Below are positions 32,418 to 44,444 of a stretch of DNA of 64,000 nucleotides, one piece after another. A program made the position numbers and the translations under genes. This DNA is from Eledone cirrhosa. Taxonomy: Eukaryota. How positions within the stretch are numbered: the stretch's first letter is position 1; each line of letters opens with the position of its first letter. The notes under the pieces were generated by a model. That model worked only from the letters and a program-made list of their open reading frames with translations. It had not been told where the DNA came from and did no database searches. Where the stretch lies: NCBI GenBank assembly GCA_964016885.1, contig OZ024747.1, positions 27,218,001 through 27,282,000 on the forward strand, written 5' to 3'.

Positions 32418-34800
32418 TCATCATCATCATCATCATCATCAACGTTTAACGTCCGTGTTCCATGCTTGCATGGGTTTGGACGGGGGTAGTCCCACTTGAG
32501 GCAAGAGTGATTGTCTTGCTCGCATAGGACTGTCTGGCAGGTTTTCTACAGTTGGATGCCCTTCCTAACACCAACCACATTTACAGTGTGGGTCTGGGAG
32601 GTTTTTACCGTGTTGCCTACACGGCCACATTACAGCGTGGACTGTGTTTTTTTTGTCGTGACACCTACACGATCTCATTTGTTTCGGCCTGGATAGCGCG
32701 GCACCAACATAACTTTACATAGAACGGGGTGGTGTGGATGGGGTGGGGGTGGTGGCGGGACGGGGTGTATTTTGTTAGAGATGCCTACTGGCAAGGCGGG
32801 TCTTCTCTGTTACTGAGTACCGCCAAAGGTCTCGATCCAGTGACATTGTCTTGGAGAGGTGTAAGTGTGTGAGGTCGGAGTTTATCAGCTCATCCCATGT
32901 TTTTCTAGGTCTGCCTATTCCGTGGCTACCGTCTATCTTTATTGCCCTGCACTTTGTTATACAGCTATCGACTTTCATGCGCATCACGTGTCCATACCAA
33001 CGCAGCCTTCTCTCGAGTAAACAACATCTGATCCCTCTTATCTCTAATTTTTTCCTTAGTTCGTTTATGCTTTGCCGTTCACGTATATTACTGATACACA
33101 TCCAGCGGAGCATGCAAGCTTCGTTCCTCTCCAGTCTGCGTATATCCTCTGCACACAATGCCCAGGTCTCACTACCATGCAACATTGCTGTTCGTATGCA
33201 GGCATCGTACAACCTGCCTTTCATTTTTAGGGAGAACCCTTTAGCAGCTAATAGTGGTATAAGCTCTCTGAACTTTTTCCAACCAGTTCTGACTCTAGCT
33301 ACAGTACTTTCAGAGCACCCTCCCCCACTGCTGATTTTATCGCCCAGGTAACGGAAGCTGTCCACTATTTCTATAGAACCCTCTGCGCAATTGAAAGAGC
33401 TAGTATTTTGTGGGCACTTGCTGCTACTTATTGCACCAGAACACCGGCCACATGTAAAATCTATGTTCTTAGTTAGCTTACCTGTGATCCCACTACATCT
33501 TTTATGCACCCATACTTTGCATTTAGGACATAAAATGGAGTTTCTACCTACGCCTTTCCTACACACCGAGCACGACCATTTCCCAGAAGGGACCGCCGCC
33601 TTGTTTTCTTTCCTACAAACTAGAACTTTGGTCTTAGCCAGGTTAATTTTAAGTCCTTTTGACTCTAGGCCGTGCTTCCATGTTTGGAATTTCTTCTCTA
33701 GCTCGGCCATTGATTCCGCTATGAGTGTCAGGTCGTCTGCGTATAGGAGTTCCCATGGGCAGCCTGTCTTGAACTCCTCTGTTATAGCCTGAAGGGCAAT
33801 AATAAATAGTAGGGGGCTGAGAACAGAGCCCTGATGGACGCCAACTTTTACGCTAAACTCTTCACTATATTCGTTGTTAATTCTAACCTTGCTGACTGTT
33901 TCTTTATACATGGCTTGTATAGCCCTCACAAGCCATTCGTCAACGCCTAGTTTTCTAAGAACCCACCAGATAATGGAGCGGGGGACTCTGTCGAAGGCTT
34001 TCTCCAGGTCGACAAAAGCTAAGTAGAGGGGTTTACCTTTAGCTAGATACTTCTCCTGTAGTTGTCGTACTATGAAAAGAGCGTCTGTGGTGCTTTTGCC
34101 TGACACAAACCCGAACTGCATTTCATCTAGGTCAATTCTCTCTCTGATTAGTTGCGCTATTACTTTTTCCGTGACCTTCATGACCTGGTCGATTAATTTA
34201 ATACCTCTATAGTTACTCCTATCTAGGGCGTCTCCTTTACCCTTATAACAGTTAACGATGATGCTGCTATGCCAGTCCTTCGGAACAACCCCATTCTGTA
34301 CGACTTGGTTAACTATGCGGGTGACCACGGTGTGTCCCACCGTGCCAGATGCCTTCAGCATCTCAGCAACTATTTCCGAAGGCCCAGTCGCCTTACCCGT
34401 CTTCATATCCTTGATTGCCTTACTTATTATACTCCCCTCGACTAACACTGCTGGTCCCTCTATCGGGTCGATATGGGGGAGACTGTCTTTCTCCTATTTA
34501 TTCTCCTCATTTAGTAGCCTTTCATAGTGACACTTCCAAGCTACCTTCTTATCAGTGTCGGTGATGGCAAGTATGCCATCATCGTTAAGTACACACTTCT
34601 CCCCGACAATATCACGGTTTTCCTTGACGCATTGCCTGGCAATCCTGAACACCTCACGTTTTTGGTCATCGCGTTGTAGAACATGCTTGAACTTTCTTTC
34701 CTCAGCTTCCCTTCTTGCTAAGTACACTTCTCTCCTAGCTTCCCTCCTGGCCACTTGATAGTCTACTCTACTTCCCCCATCCTGCCATACTTTCCAAGCA
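32418..34800 (-). mobile_element. Young 5'-truncated RTE-clade LINE, nearly intact, inserted into (TA)n
   Basis: Continuous frame from about 34799 to 32775 broken only by one TAG at 34494-34496 (ORFs 34494-34754 and 32775-34448 are in frame). 3' UTR with (ATG)n tail at 32418-32440; (TA)6-7 on both flanks. Confidence 0.97.
32775..34448 (-). CDS. RTE LINE reverse transcriptase with embedded PHD finger (transposon ORF, 5'-truncated)
   Basis: [44 protein letters not shown]4HC3 insert, FRYLG, LRWYGHV, GRPRKTW. Confidence 0.95.
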   Translation of the reverse strand: MLVEGSIISKAIKDMKTGKATGPSEIVAEMLKASGTVGHTVVTRIVNQVVQNGVVPKDWHSSIIVNCYKGKGDALDRSNYRGIKLIDQVMKVTEKVIAQLIRERIDLDEMQFGFVSGKSTTDALFIVRQLQEKYLAKGKPLYLAFVDLEKAFDRVPRSIIWWVLRKLGVDEWLVRAIQAMYKETVSKVRINNEYSEEFSVKVGVHQGSVLSPLLFIIALQAITEEFKTGCPWELLYADDLTLIAESMAELEKKFQTWKHGLESKGLKINLAKTKVLVCRKENKAAVPSGKWSCSVCRKGVGRNSILCPKCKVWVHKRCSGITGKLTKNIDFTCGRCSGAISSSKCPQNTSSFNCAEGSIEIVDSFRYLGDKISSGGGCSESTVARVRTGWKKFRELIPLLAAKGFSLKMKGRLYDACIRTAMLHGSETWALCAEDIRRLERNEACMLRWMCISNIRERQSINELRKKLEIRGIRCCLLERRLRWYGHVMRMKVDSCITKCRAIKIDGSHGIGRPRKTWDELINSDLTHLHLSKTMSLDRDLWRYSVTEKTRLASRHL

Positions 34801-36127
34801 TATATATATATATAATAATTGTTTTTACTTTTGGCACAAGGCCAGCAATTAGCCAGTGCATTACTGGTACTTTATTTTATCGACCCCGTAAGGATGAAAG
34901 GCAAAGTTAACCTCGGCGGGATTTGAACTCGTAATGGTAATGGCCGTAACTCTATGCGTCAAAGCATGGTGTCCGACCCTCTACCGATCTGCCAATCCAC
35001 CACCCTTATATATATATATATAATAATAATGAAATTATTGTGTACAGTGCTCAGGTGCACTACAACTCATTAAAGGTGCATGTATAGTACATAGAATAAT
35101 GTACAAATGCCAGGAAAGTGAACAGTGTATGAGTCATGATATACATGTGTGCGTGTGTATTGAGGGGGATATCAGGTGTAGTGTTGGCGAATTTCAGGAA
35201 GCATATATATATATATATGTGTGTGTGTATGTATGGTATCCATGTCTGTGCTTACATGTACTGTAACTTAGTGGTTCAACAAAAAAGACATTGGTGAAAT
35301 AAGTATGAGGCTTTCAAAAATAAATTCTGGGATTGAGGTATGTAGTGGTGTGTAGAACTTAGGATCATAATGTCATGGATTTGATTCCTGGACTGGGTTG
35401 TGTTCTTGAGTAAAACACTTCATTTCATGCTGCTCCAATATGCTCAGCTGAAAATGAGTACCAGCATTAGCTGGGGGGGTTGACCCTGCAATGGACTGGT
35501 GTCCTGTCTTTGTGTGTGTGCGGGGGGGGGGGGGGGGGGGGGCTAGTACTCTAAGTTGCTTAACACCATGGAAACTAGGATAAGTACTGGGCTGATGAGC
35601 CTTTGGGCTTGAGACAGACTTTGGACTTTTTTAGACATGATTGTATAAATCTTTTCAGGATGGTGCCTTAGCTTGACTGCAGTCTAATGCCTGAAACCAA
35701 TAAAGAAATAAACATGTACTTAATCCTTTTGTGACTGTATTTCATTTAATTAATGAAGACGTTTGAGTGATTTATTAAAATTATTTCTTTCATTACTAAT
35801 TACTAAGATAGTAGCTTAAAATATGATTATTACATACAATTATGCTGGAAGATATTAATTTAAATAGAAACCCTTTAAAATGAGTGGTTTTGTTTCCTAT
35901 AACCAGAGCCAGTTTTGGCAGGCTTGTTATTAAAACGGTTAATGATAAAAATTAAACAGACATTAGCACAACTTTGTTGGAACTCTCAATTTATTTTTTT
36001 TCTCTTTTTTGTTCTTGAACTTTTCAGTTTTACATAAACATAGCAATTTATCTCAGAAACATTGCCAAACATTTGCTGCTTCTTTTCAACAGAATTCTCA
36101 TATTTCTTATGTTCTTCTGTTTTACAG

Positions 36128-36207
36128 TGTGCAATTTTGTGGTCCATGACAGATGTCTAAAAACTGTGGTCTCAGCCTGTTCAAGCATTGCCACAAATTT
36201 GATTAAA
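36128..36207 (+). CDS. DGKQ: Diacylglycerol kinase theta exon (end of C1A)
   Basis: tttacAG|TG TGC...ATT AAA|GTaagt; (V)CNFVVHDRCLKTVVSACSSIATNLIK; 80 nt, phase 1 to 0. Confidence 0.88.
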
Positions 36208-37336
36208 GTAAGTTTTCATTTTTTTATTTAGTCTATCTTAAACAAGTATTTATTGTATATATGTACATATGTATGTATTTATGTATCATTTTTAATTTCT
36301 CACTAATAATGGGAGAGAGGGAGAGAGAGAGATGGTTTCTAACCCAGAAACAAAGTTCTTTCATTGGAATTTAGACATCAACTAGGTAGACTGTATGTGT
36401 GTAGGTATAGATGTTATTGCATGTAAGGATCTGTATGTTTTGAGTTATATATTCACGTATACATATGTTTCTATATCTGTACATGCGTATAGGCAATTAT
36501 TACATGTTAAATTTCTGGAATATTTTTTTTTTTACAGTTCCACTAATGGACTGTACTTGTAATTTCCTAATTAGCTATGCTCTTTCAGGCCCTGTGCTGA
36601 GGCAGTTAGTAGCATATCCAAGAGCCCCAATGATCACAGGTATAAATCTAAAGCTATTGTCAAGGCAAAGTATCTGCAAGTTCCTCATTAGTTCCGGCAT
36701 AAATGTTTTCCATTCCATTAATCTTTAACACTGTATCTACTGTGAATACCTTTTTCTCTGTCCCATATCATTAATATCTGGTCTGTTATATCTACATTTT
36801 ACTGGGGTTTTAACAGGAATGTTCCAAACATATGTGTGAGTATGCCCTCCACATTGCTGTAACTTTTTATGTATATATGTATCTATTTGTGTGTGTGTTT
36901 GTATGAAGATGCATTTGTTAGTGATTAGGGTGCCCCAGTGATGTATTGTGTCCAGTTCACTCAGCTGGCAAAAATGAGTTGTACTTATAATTAATGAGAG
37001 CAAGCCTTGTCACACACACTGTTCTGCTGAATTTCCTTGAGAACAATGTTAAGGGCTATATGTATCTGTAAAATGCTCAGCCATATGCATTTTCATTTCA
37101 CTTCTTTGGTCTATCTTTAATGTAAATTTCTTGGTATTTCCTCACTCAATGATCATCATCAATATATATCACATGTCCATACCAATACAGTCTTCTCCAC
37201 TGTACACCACTTCTGATTCCTCTTACACTAAGCTTTTTTCTCAGCTCGTCCATGTTGAGCTATGATGAACACTTTTCGAGGTCGATTAAAAAAGTACCAG
37301 AACTGGTGTCAATTCTTCCTCTATATCTCCTTCTTA

Positions 37337-37445
<109 letters not shown>

Positions 37446-37554
37446 TTTCCAGAAGAAATTGGCTGTGTTCACATCTGAGGGGGCATGGGTTTTGCCAGGT
37501 TTTAAATTCCCAAGAAATGCTGTATGTCACTATGATGCCCCTATGACTCCATCA

Positions 37555-38780
37555 GGAGTTATGGGGCCATATGGCCTGGAGAACTATAATAAACAATAGT
37601 GGACTGAGGACAGCCCTGAATACCTCACAACACTCATTACCTACTCTCATTTTACTGACAACTACTCTGTACATGGCTTGCACAGCTCTCACAAACCATT
37701 CTTCTACTCCTAGTTTCCTTAAAGATGACCAGATAATAGATGGTGGTAATCTGTCAAAGGTATTCTCCAAATCAATGAAAGCTAGATATAGTAGCTTACA
37801 CTTAGCTCAGAATTTTATTTTGTAGTTGTCACTACGAAGAGGGCTCTTCTTCAACACAAAACCAAACTGAATTTTATCTAATTTGACTCTTTCCCTAATT
37901 ATTTCTGTCGCTCTCATAACTGAGTTCATTAGTTTTATGCCCTTGTAGTTATTCCTTTCTAGCACATCATCTTTTGTCTAGTAACAATTAATGGCTATAC
38001 TGTTATGCCAGTCATCGGGCATGACACCAACATGTATTACCTGATTGATTATGCAGCATCACAGTGATTATTTTTGACAGATCAGCAGCTTTATCATTTT
38101 TCATTTCCTTGATTGCTGGTTCCTCTGTTGGGTCAGTCTAGAGTAGTCTCTTTTTCTTCCACTCATTTTCCACAATCATAAACCTCTCACAGTAGCCTTT
38201 CCAGGCCTCTTTATTTTGAGTGTGAGTGAGGCTATTGCAACAGTGTCATTTCAGACACACTTTTCTCCAACAACATTCTGGTTTTCACTGACACTCTGCT
38301 TTGCAATGAGGAACACTTCATTTCTCCGATCCTCACATTTCAAGACATTGGCAAACTGCCTGCTTTTAGTTTCTTTGAGTGCTAAGCACACTTGTCATTT
38401 AGCTTCTCTTTTAGCTACCTAGTACTGTTCTTTGCTGCCTTCATTTTCCTAATCTTTCCATGCCTGTCTCTTGGCTTTAGCCACTCTATCTCCAATGATC
38501 TTCACCAGCTTCCACTCTATCTGGTTGGTGTTTCAATCCAACCACAAGTGTCATCAGTACTTTGCAGTAGCTTGTCTCATAGAAATTTCCAATTGTTTTC
38601 TATGTCATACGTATCTAACTCTTCCTCCTTCTTGTCACATGCATTATGTATGGCTTTTCTAAACTATAACTTAACAGGGAGGTACTTTAACTTCCATACT
38701 CTCCTTCTCCAGATTTCCCTGCTTTTCTTATTCCATCTTGTGCTTATTCTGATGTTATTAACAACTAACTTATGTTGTGT
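37555..38780 (-). mobile_element. Decayed RTE LINE fragment (linker plus RT N-terminal half)
   Basis: [41 protein letters not shown]. Confidence 0.85.
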
Positions 38781-39109
38781 GGTGCTTGGGAAAGAAATGA
38801 TTCAGTCAGTGGATAATTTTTTGAAAATAATAATTGCAACTCTGCATAAATGTTATTTGAAACATATTCTCTGTGTGTGTGTCTGTTTTTGAGTTCTTGC
38901 TTTTTTCCTGTAATGCAGTAATTCACCAAATATAGATCGATAATAATAGAGTGAAGTATGCACTGGTATCAATATGACTGCCAAAACTCTTTAAGATGTT
39001 GCCTCCGTATGACCACTGACCAGTTAAATAACTGAAACCAAATAAGTGCAAGATCTCATTTCATTTTTATTGTAATTGTTCATTTGCTTTGTTGATTGTA
39101 TATGTATGG

Positions 39110-39690
39110 AACTAAAACATCACTGCATCTCATCACCCTTAAACAAGAACAGCACGCAATTAGAAGAGCCTTCACGTTCACTCCAAATGTTAGTCTTCCC
39201 TCTCACTGTGGATCACTCATGGCGAATGCACATTCTTAATATAGTTAGAACTACATCTAATAGAGTGGCCCTTTTCTTGAAAGCCAGAAAATACTTCAAC
39301 CCCTTCAACTTCTGACCTTCTATAATGTTCAGGTAAAAAACCATGATGGACAGTCCTTACTGCCACATATAAACACACACTAGACCACATCCAGAAAAGG
39401 CTACTCATTTGATTGGCATAAAGTCACTGACAAACAAGATCCATTTTCTGGGTCACATTTCTGCAGCTCTGCAATGGTATCTGCTCCTCAGAACTGGTTG
39501 ACCTCAAATCACCTTCAATTGGCCAATCCTTATTTAATTGTCTTTCCTCCTCTCATCACATATATTGTGTCCAACTTTCCAGGCCATGCAGGAGTTGACT
39601 TGATAATTTAAGCTGGATATCAGTAGCTTCTATCTCGTTGGTCTTAGAGGATCTACAAAGGTCATGGGCAGAGTCCCTTCTTTCAGACCT
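39110..39690 (+). mobile_element. CR1-group LINE 3' fragment
   Basis: DHSWRMHILNIVRTTSNRVALFLKARKYF resembles the CR1/L2-group thumb region (LSW..HI..I). Confidence 0.6.
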
Positions 39691-42279
39691 CATCATCATC
39701 ATCATCATCATCATCATGGGTTAGTCAAGTTCTCCTGTTGTGAGTCAAGTCAGGTCAGATGACCGTATCTTGCTCATACAAAACTGTTTCTAGTTTGGTT
39801 TCTATGGCTGGATGCTCTTCCTAACACCAACCACATTTACAGTGAGGATATCTTTTATCATGGCACCAAAACGACCACTTTACAGTGAGGTCTAGGCACT
39901 TTTTGTCAAAGCACTAAAATGGCCATTTTGCCGTGTGGACTGGGCGCTTTTTGTCATGTCACCTACTAGACCACTTTACAGTGTGCACTGGGCACTTTTT
40001 GTCATGTCACCTACGTGACCACTTTACAGTGTGGACTGGGCACTTTTTGTCATCTCACCTACGTGACCACTTTACAGTGTGGACTGGGCACTTTTTGTCG
40101 TGGTACCAGAATGACCACTGAACAGTGTGGACTGAGTGCTTTTGCCATGGGACCAAAGCAACAATATTGCAACTTTAGTAAATAATAACAAAACACATAA
40201 TACACCACCACAACACCATTACATAACACACTACGAATGACACACCACCACTACCTCTACTATACCTTCACAACATTATCACCACATTAAGACAATGCTC
40301 TATGACCACCGCTACCAACCTCAGACTAGATCATACATATTGTCTTTTGTCTTTTTAATGAAATAACCCTTTTATGTACTGGTAATTTGTTTAAATGACA
40401 ACTACAGAAAATGTTTCAAAATATTAAGAGATAGTGGGGGAAAATATATAAAATGGGGAAAGACAAATATGTAGATATAGAAAGAGAGAGAGAGAGCATC
40501 TGTTATGTGGACAGCAGAGTGTCTGATAAAGCAAAGTGAGAGAGAGGGGAGGAACAAAAGATTGTTACCTTGTTATGATATGTCTATGTCTAACATGTCT
40601 GTATTTTGTTATATGTCATATATCCAACATTTGTATGTGTTATAAATAATAATTGCTATTAATTAATTATATTACATGTCATTGTCCTTAATGAAATAAT
40701 GTACATGAGGAATGTTGTGTCAGTAAATCCCTCCACCACCGTCATTATTAGAACGATTATTGAATGTGTTGGATTGGCAGAGTTGTTAGAACATTGAGCA
40801 AAATGCTTTGCAACATTTGTTTCGGCTCTTCTGAGTACAAATCTCATCGAAGTCAAAACTGTCTTTCAACCTTTCAGGGTTGATAAAATAAAGTACCAGT
40901 CAAGTACTAAGGACTGATTTAATTGACTGGTCTCCTCCTGCACAAAATTGCTGGCCTTGTACTTGAATTAGAAATCATTATTGTTATTATTGGATTGGGG
41001 GAACCATCAGAGCTTCAGACAAAATGTTTTGTGGCATTTGTTCTGTCTCTTTTCATTCTGAGTTCAAATCCCACCAATCTCAATTTGGCCTCTTCTGGGG
41101 TTGATAAAAATAAAGTACCAAGGAAATACTCGGGTTGATATAACTAACTTACCCCTCCCCCTTGTGCCAAAATTAGAAGTGATTATTATTATTATTATTA
41201 TGACATCCTAAATTGTCTATATCCTGATTTTTAGAATTGGTACACTGTATCTCTGCATGACGTAAGAGGTTACTAAAATGGTTGGCATCAGGAAGGGCAT
41301 CTGACTGTTAAACATTGACTCAAAACATTCTGCCCAAACCATGCCAACATGGAAAAGTGGACATAAAACGATTGTGATAACAGTTGCTTCCTTCCATGAA
41401 TGGTGGAATGGTTTCTGTTGAGGGTAGAGGGCTGATTAAAAAGCTGAATATCTGTGGAATGTCACCCCCCCCCCCCCCCCCCAATCCATATTTCTAGTTA
41501 TATATTCCTGCTCATTGAGAATATTCTGAAGGTTTTGCTATTTTTGGCATGCACTCTTATATTCCATGTTGGGCCATGTAACCGAAACTTGAAAAACATC
41601 TCAATGGCATCAAGCACAACTGTGTGTATGTAGACTGAGGTATTGGGTATTTTGGAGTATCAAGTTTGTTATATGCCTTTCTTCTCACCTTAGGCAAAAT
41701 CCTTGTAAGATGGTATGCCAGAGTGGTGGTAGTGGTGGCAGAAAGAGGGGAATCAAATGTGATGTTTGTGTGGTGTCGTTCAACCCATGAAAATAAATGA
41801 AACCCACATACCTATGCAGGTGTAGCTGGTCTCCTTTGAGGTTGCATCTCATAAGAAGTTTCTCAGGTGTTTGAATGGCAGGGGCACCCATCCTACCATA
41901 AAAAGAAATTAATGTGTCTTGTTCAAGAATACAGTGGTCAAAAACCTAACATACCACCCAGTCATGGCAGTTACTTTCTGCTATTGTTAGAAATGTGGCT
42001 CATGTAAATTCAAAGACCAAGTCTTCAACTACTTTACATTAGTAATAATTTTTCCTAATTTAGGCACAATACCAGCAAATTTGATGGTGGGAAGTTGATC
42101 ATATCGACCTCAGTACTTTACTGGTATTTTATTGACCCCAGAAAGATGAAAAGCAAAGTGGAATTCATCTGAATTTGAACTCAGAATGTAAGAAGCTGGA
42201 ACAAATTCTGCAAAGCATCTCATCCATCCTCTAACCATTCTGTCAATCCACTGCCCTTCATCAGTATTTACTAATCACA

Positions 42280-42960
42280 AGACACAGTCTTCAGCCACAC
42301 AACAGGACTGCCAATAATCCCAAAACCCAGTCTTCAGCTATACAACAGTATTACTAATCCAAGGCCGATTTACAGTCACACATCAGTAATATCACTAATC
42401 CAAGATCTATTTTTCAGCCACACAGTATTACTACCACTAATCCCAAGACCCAGTCTTCAACCAGCCAACACTACCAGTAATCCCAAGACCCAGTCTTCAA
42501 TCAGCCAACACTACCAGTAATCCCAAGACCAAGTCTTCAGTCAGACTACAGTGCTATCAATAATCCCAATACCCAGTCTTCAGCCACACAACAGCATTAC
42601 CAATAATTCCAAGACCCAGACTTTAGCTGCATAACACTACTATTAATCCCAATATCCCAGCCTTCAGTCACACAACATTACTACCACTAATCCCAAGACC
42701 CAGCCTTCAGTCACCCAACAGTACAAACAATCCTAATGACCCAGTCTTCAGCCACACAATAGTACTACCAATAATCCCGAGACTCAGACTTCAATCACAC
42801 AACAGTACAAACAATCCTAATGACCCAGTCTTCAGCCACACATCAATACCACTAATCCCAAGACCCAGCCTTCAATCACACAACAGTTCAAACAATCCTA
42901 ATGACCTAGTCTTCAGCCACACAACAATACCATTAATCTCAGTGGCCCAGTCTTCAGTTG
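42280..42960. repeat. Minisatellite, about 39-bp unit TAATCCCAAGACCCAGTCTTCAGCCACACAACAGTACTAC
   Basis: Roughly 17 degenerate tandem units. Confidence 0.9.
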
Positions 42961-44285
42961 TTTCAGTATTGATATGCTAGCAGTTAAATGGTAGGAATTA
43001 AGATTTAGATGTGATTATCTGTCAGTTAAGGAGGTGGGGTTCAATCAACACATAGTTAAATGGGGTGGAGTCCTTAGGTGTTGACTGAGACTAGGGTGTT
43101 GGCAAGAGTGTTTCTAATTTATAAGCAGGATGAAGTAAGGATGTAGATATTTGTCATATTGTTGTGGTGGAGTCGGGTGGGATGAATGCTGAAGTATTAG
43201 CAGGGGTAGGAGTTAAGAACTTAATTAAAACTGCATGCTTTCAAAACAAAGATTCTTGTCTGGTACCTGCTTCTGAGAGACAGGTGCCAATAATATCTTG
43301 AGGGTTTACTCCCCCTCCATCCTCTCCTTTTATGGCATTCATCACTGGATAAATCTTCTACTCACTTGTCTTTCAGCCCCTCTATCACTCTCATTTCGTA
43401 GAAATGTTGGTCTTTGATGAATGTTTTGTCCATGTAAAGGTTTCACTTCATAATTGCATGATAATAATATCATTAATGCTTTATTTGATACAAAGAGTGA
43501 AGGCATGTGGTTTAGTGACTAGGTTGTGGGTTCAATTCCTAGCCCTAGTGGTGTGTTGTGTTCTTGAGAAAAATTCTTTATTTCATATCTCACTTGCTAG
43601 TTGCAAGCACCAGATAGTGTCAGCAATGAAATGACCAATGGAAATATTGATTCCTTGGTTCATTGAGTAGCTCCCTTCTTTTTACAAACAAAAATGCAAC
43701 ATAAACAACAGCATGGGACTTATCTACTAGACCTACTGGACCTACAATACCTTAATTCAAAATATATGGTATTTTGTACTTTTCATGTAGTTTCATGTTG
43801 TTTGTTAATTCAAATGTTTATAGTATCTTTACTAAGGAACAGATCATTGTGGAAATTTGCAGTAAAAACAGAATTTTGGTACTTTTCAAGAATATCTTGT
43901 TAATGCAGTTTTATTTGGTACAGAATTAATGTTTTATTTAATACAAACAAAACAAATATTTACTGTGTATATGCATGCACATGTGTAAGTTGCACATTTT
44001 ACCATGAAAATATTTGAAAAACCAACATGTAACTTACCTACTGGCCACACTGTAATGCTGTCACATGGTAATGCAGTCACACTGTAACACGTTCACACAG
44101 TCACACTGTTACCCTGTAACATTCTCCCTTTATATACATAAAATACACAATTCAAATTTCATCATTGAATCTGTATTTGTTTTATATCCCAAACTTATCA
44201 ATTTCTTTTACCATCTATGATTAGAAAGATTTCTTATACATCTTCATATGTTTGTTTTTTTTTCTTCCCTCTTTTTCTGTTTTAG

Positions 44286-44388
44286 AACCCTGTTGCCCAC
44301 TGCTGGTCAGAACCTGGGCACTTCAAGAGAAAGTTTTGCAATGTCTGTCGCAAAAGACTGGAAGACAGTCTTGGAATACGGTGTGAGA
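44286..44388 (+). CDS. DGKQ: Diacylglycerol kinase theta exon (C1B, first part)
   Basis: Polypyrimidine tract, ttttAG|AAC CCT...GAG A|GTaagt; NPVAHCWSEPGHFKRKFCNVCRKRLEDSLGIRCE; 103 nt, phase 0 to 1. Confidence 0.93.
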
Positions 44389-44444
44389 GTAAGTTTTACA
44401 ATTATGTTTACTGCTTTCAATTTTGTTTTTGTATTTTTTTTGTA

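Noticed and set aside
33441-33578. Idea that the RTE Cys-rich insert is a C1 domain captured from the host DGK gene
   Set aside because: Ligand order is C4HC3 (PHD), not the H-C2-C2-H-C-C order of C1, and the insert occurs in several diverged copies of the family
35560-35625. CTGATGA-GCC-TTTG-GGC motif resembling a hammerhead
   Set aside because: Not followed by GAAA and no stems I/III; it sits in the 3' part of a SINE
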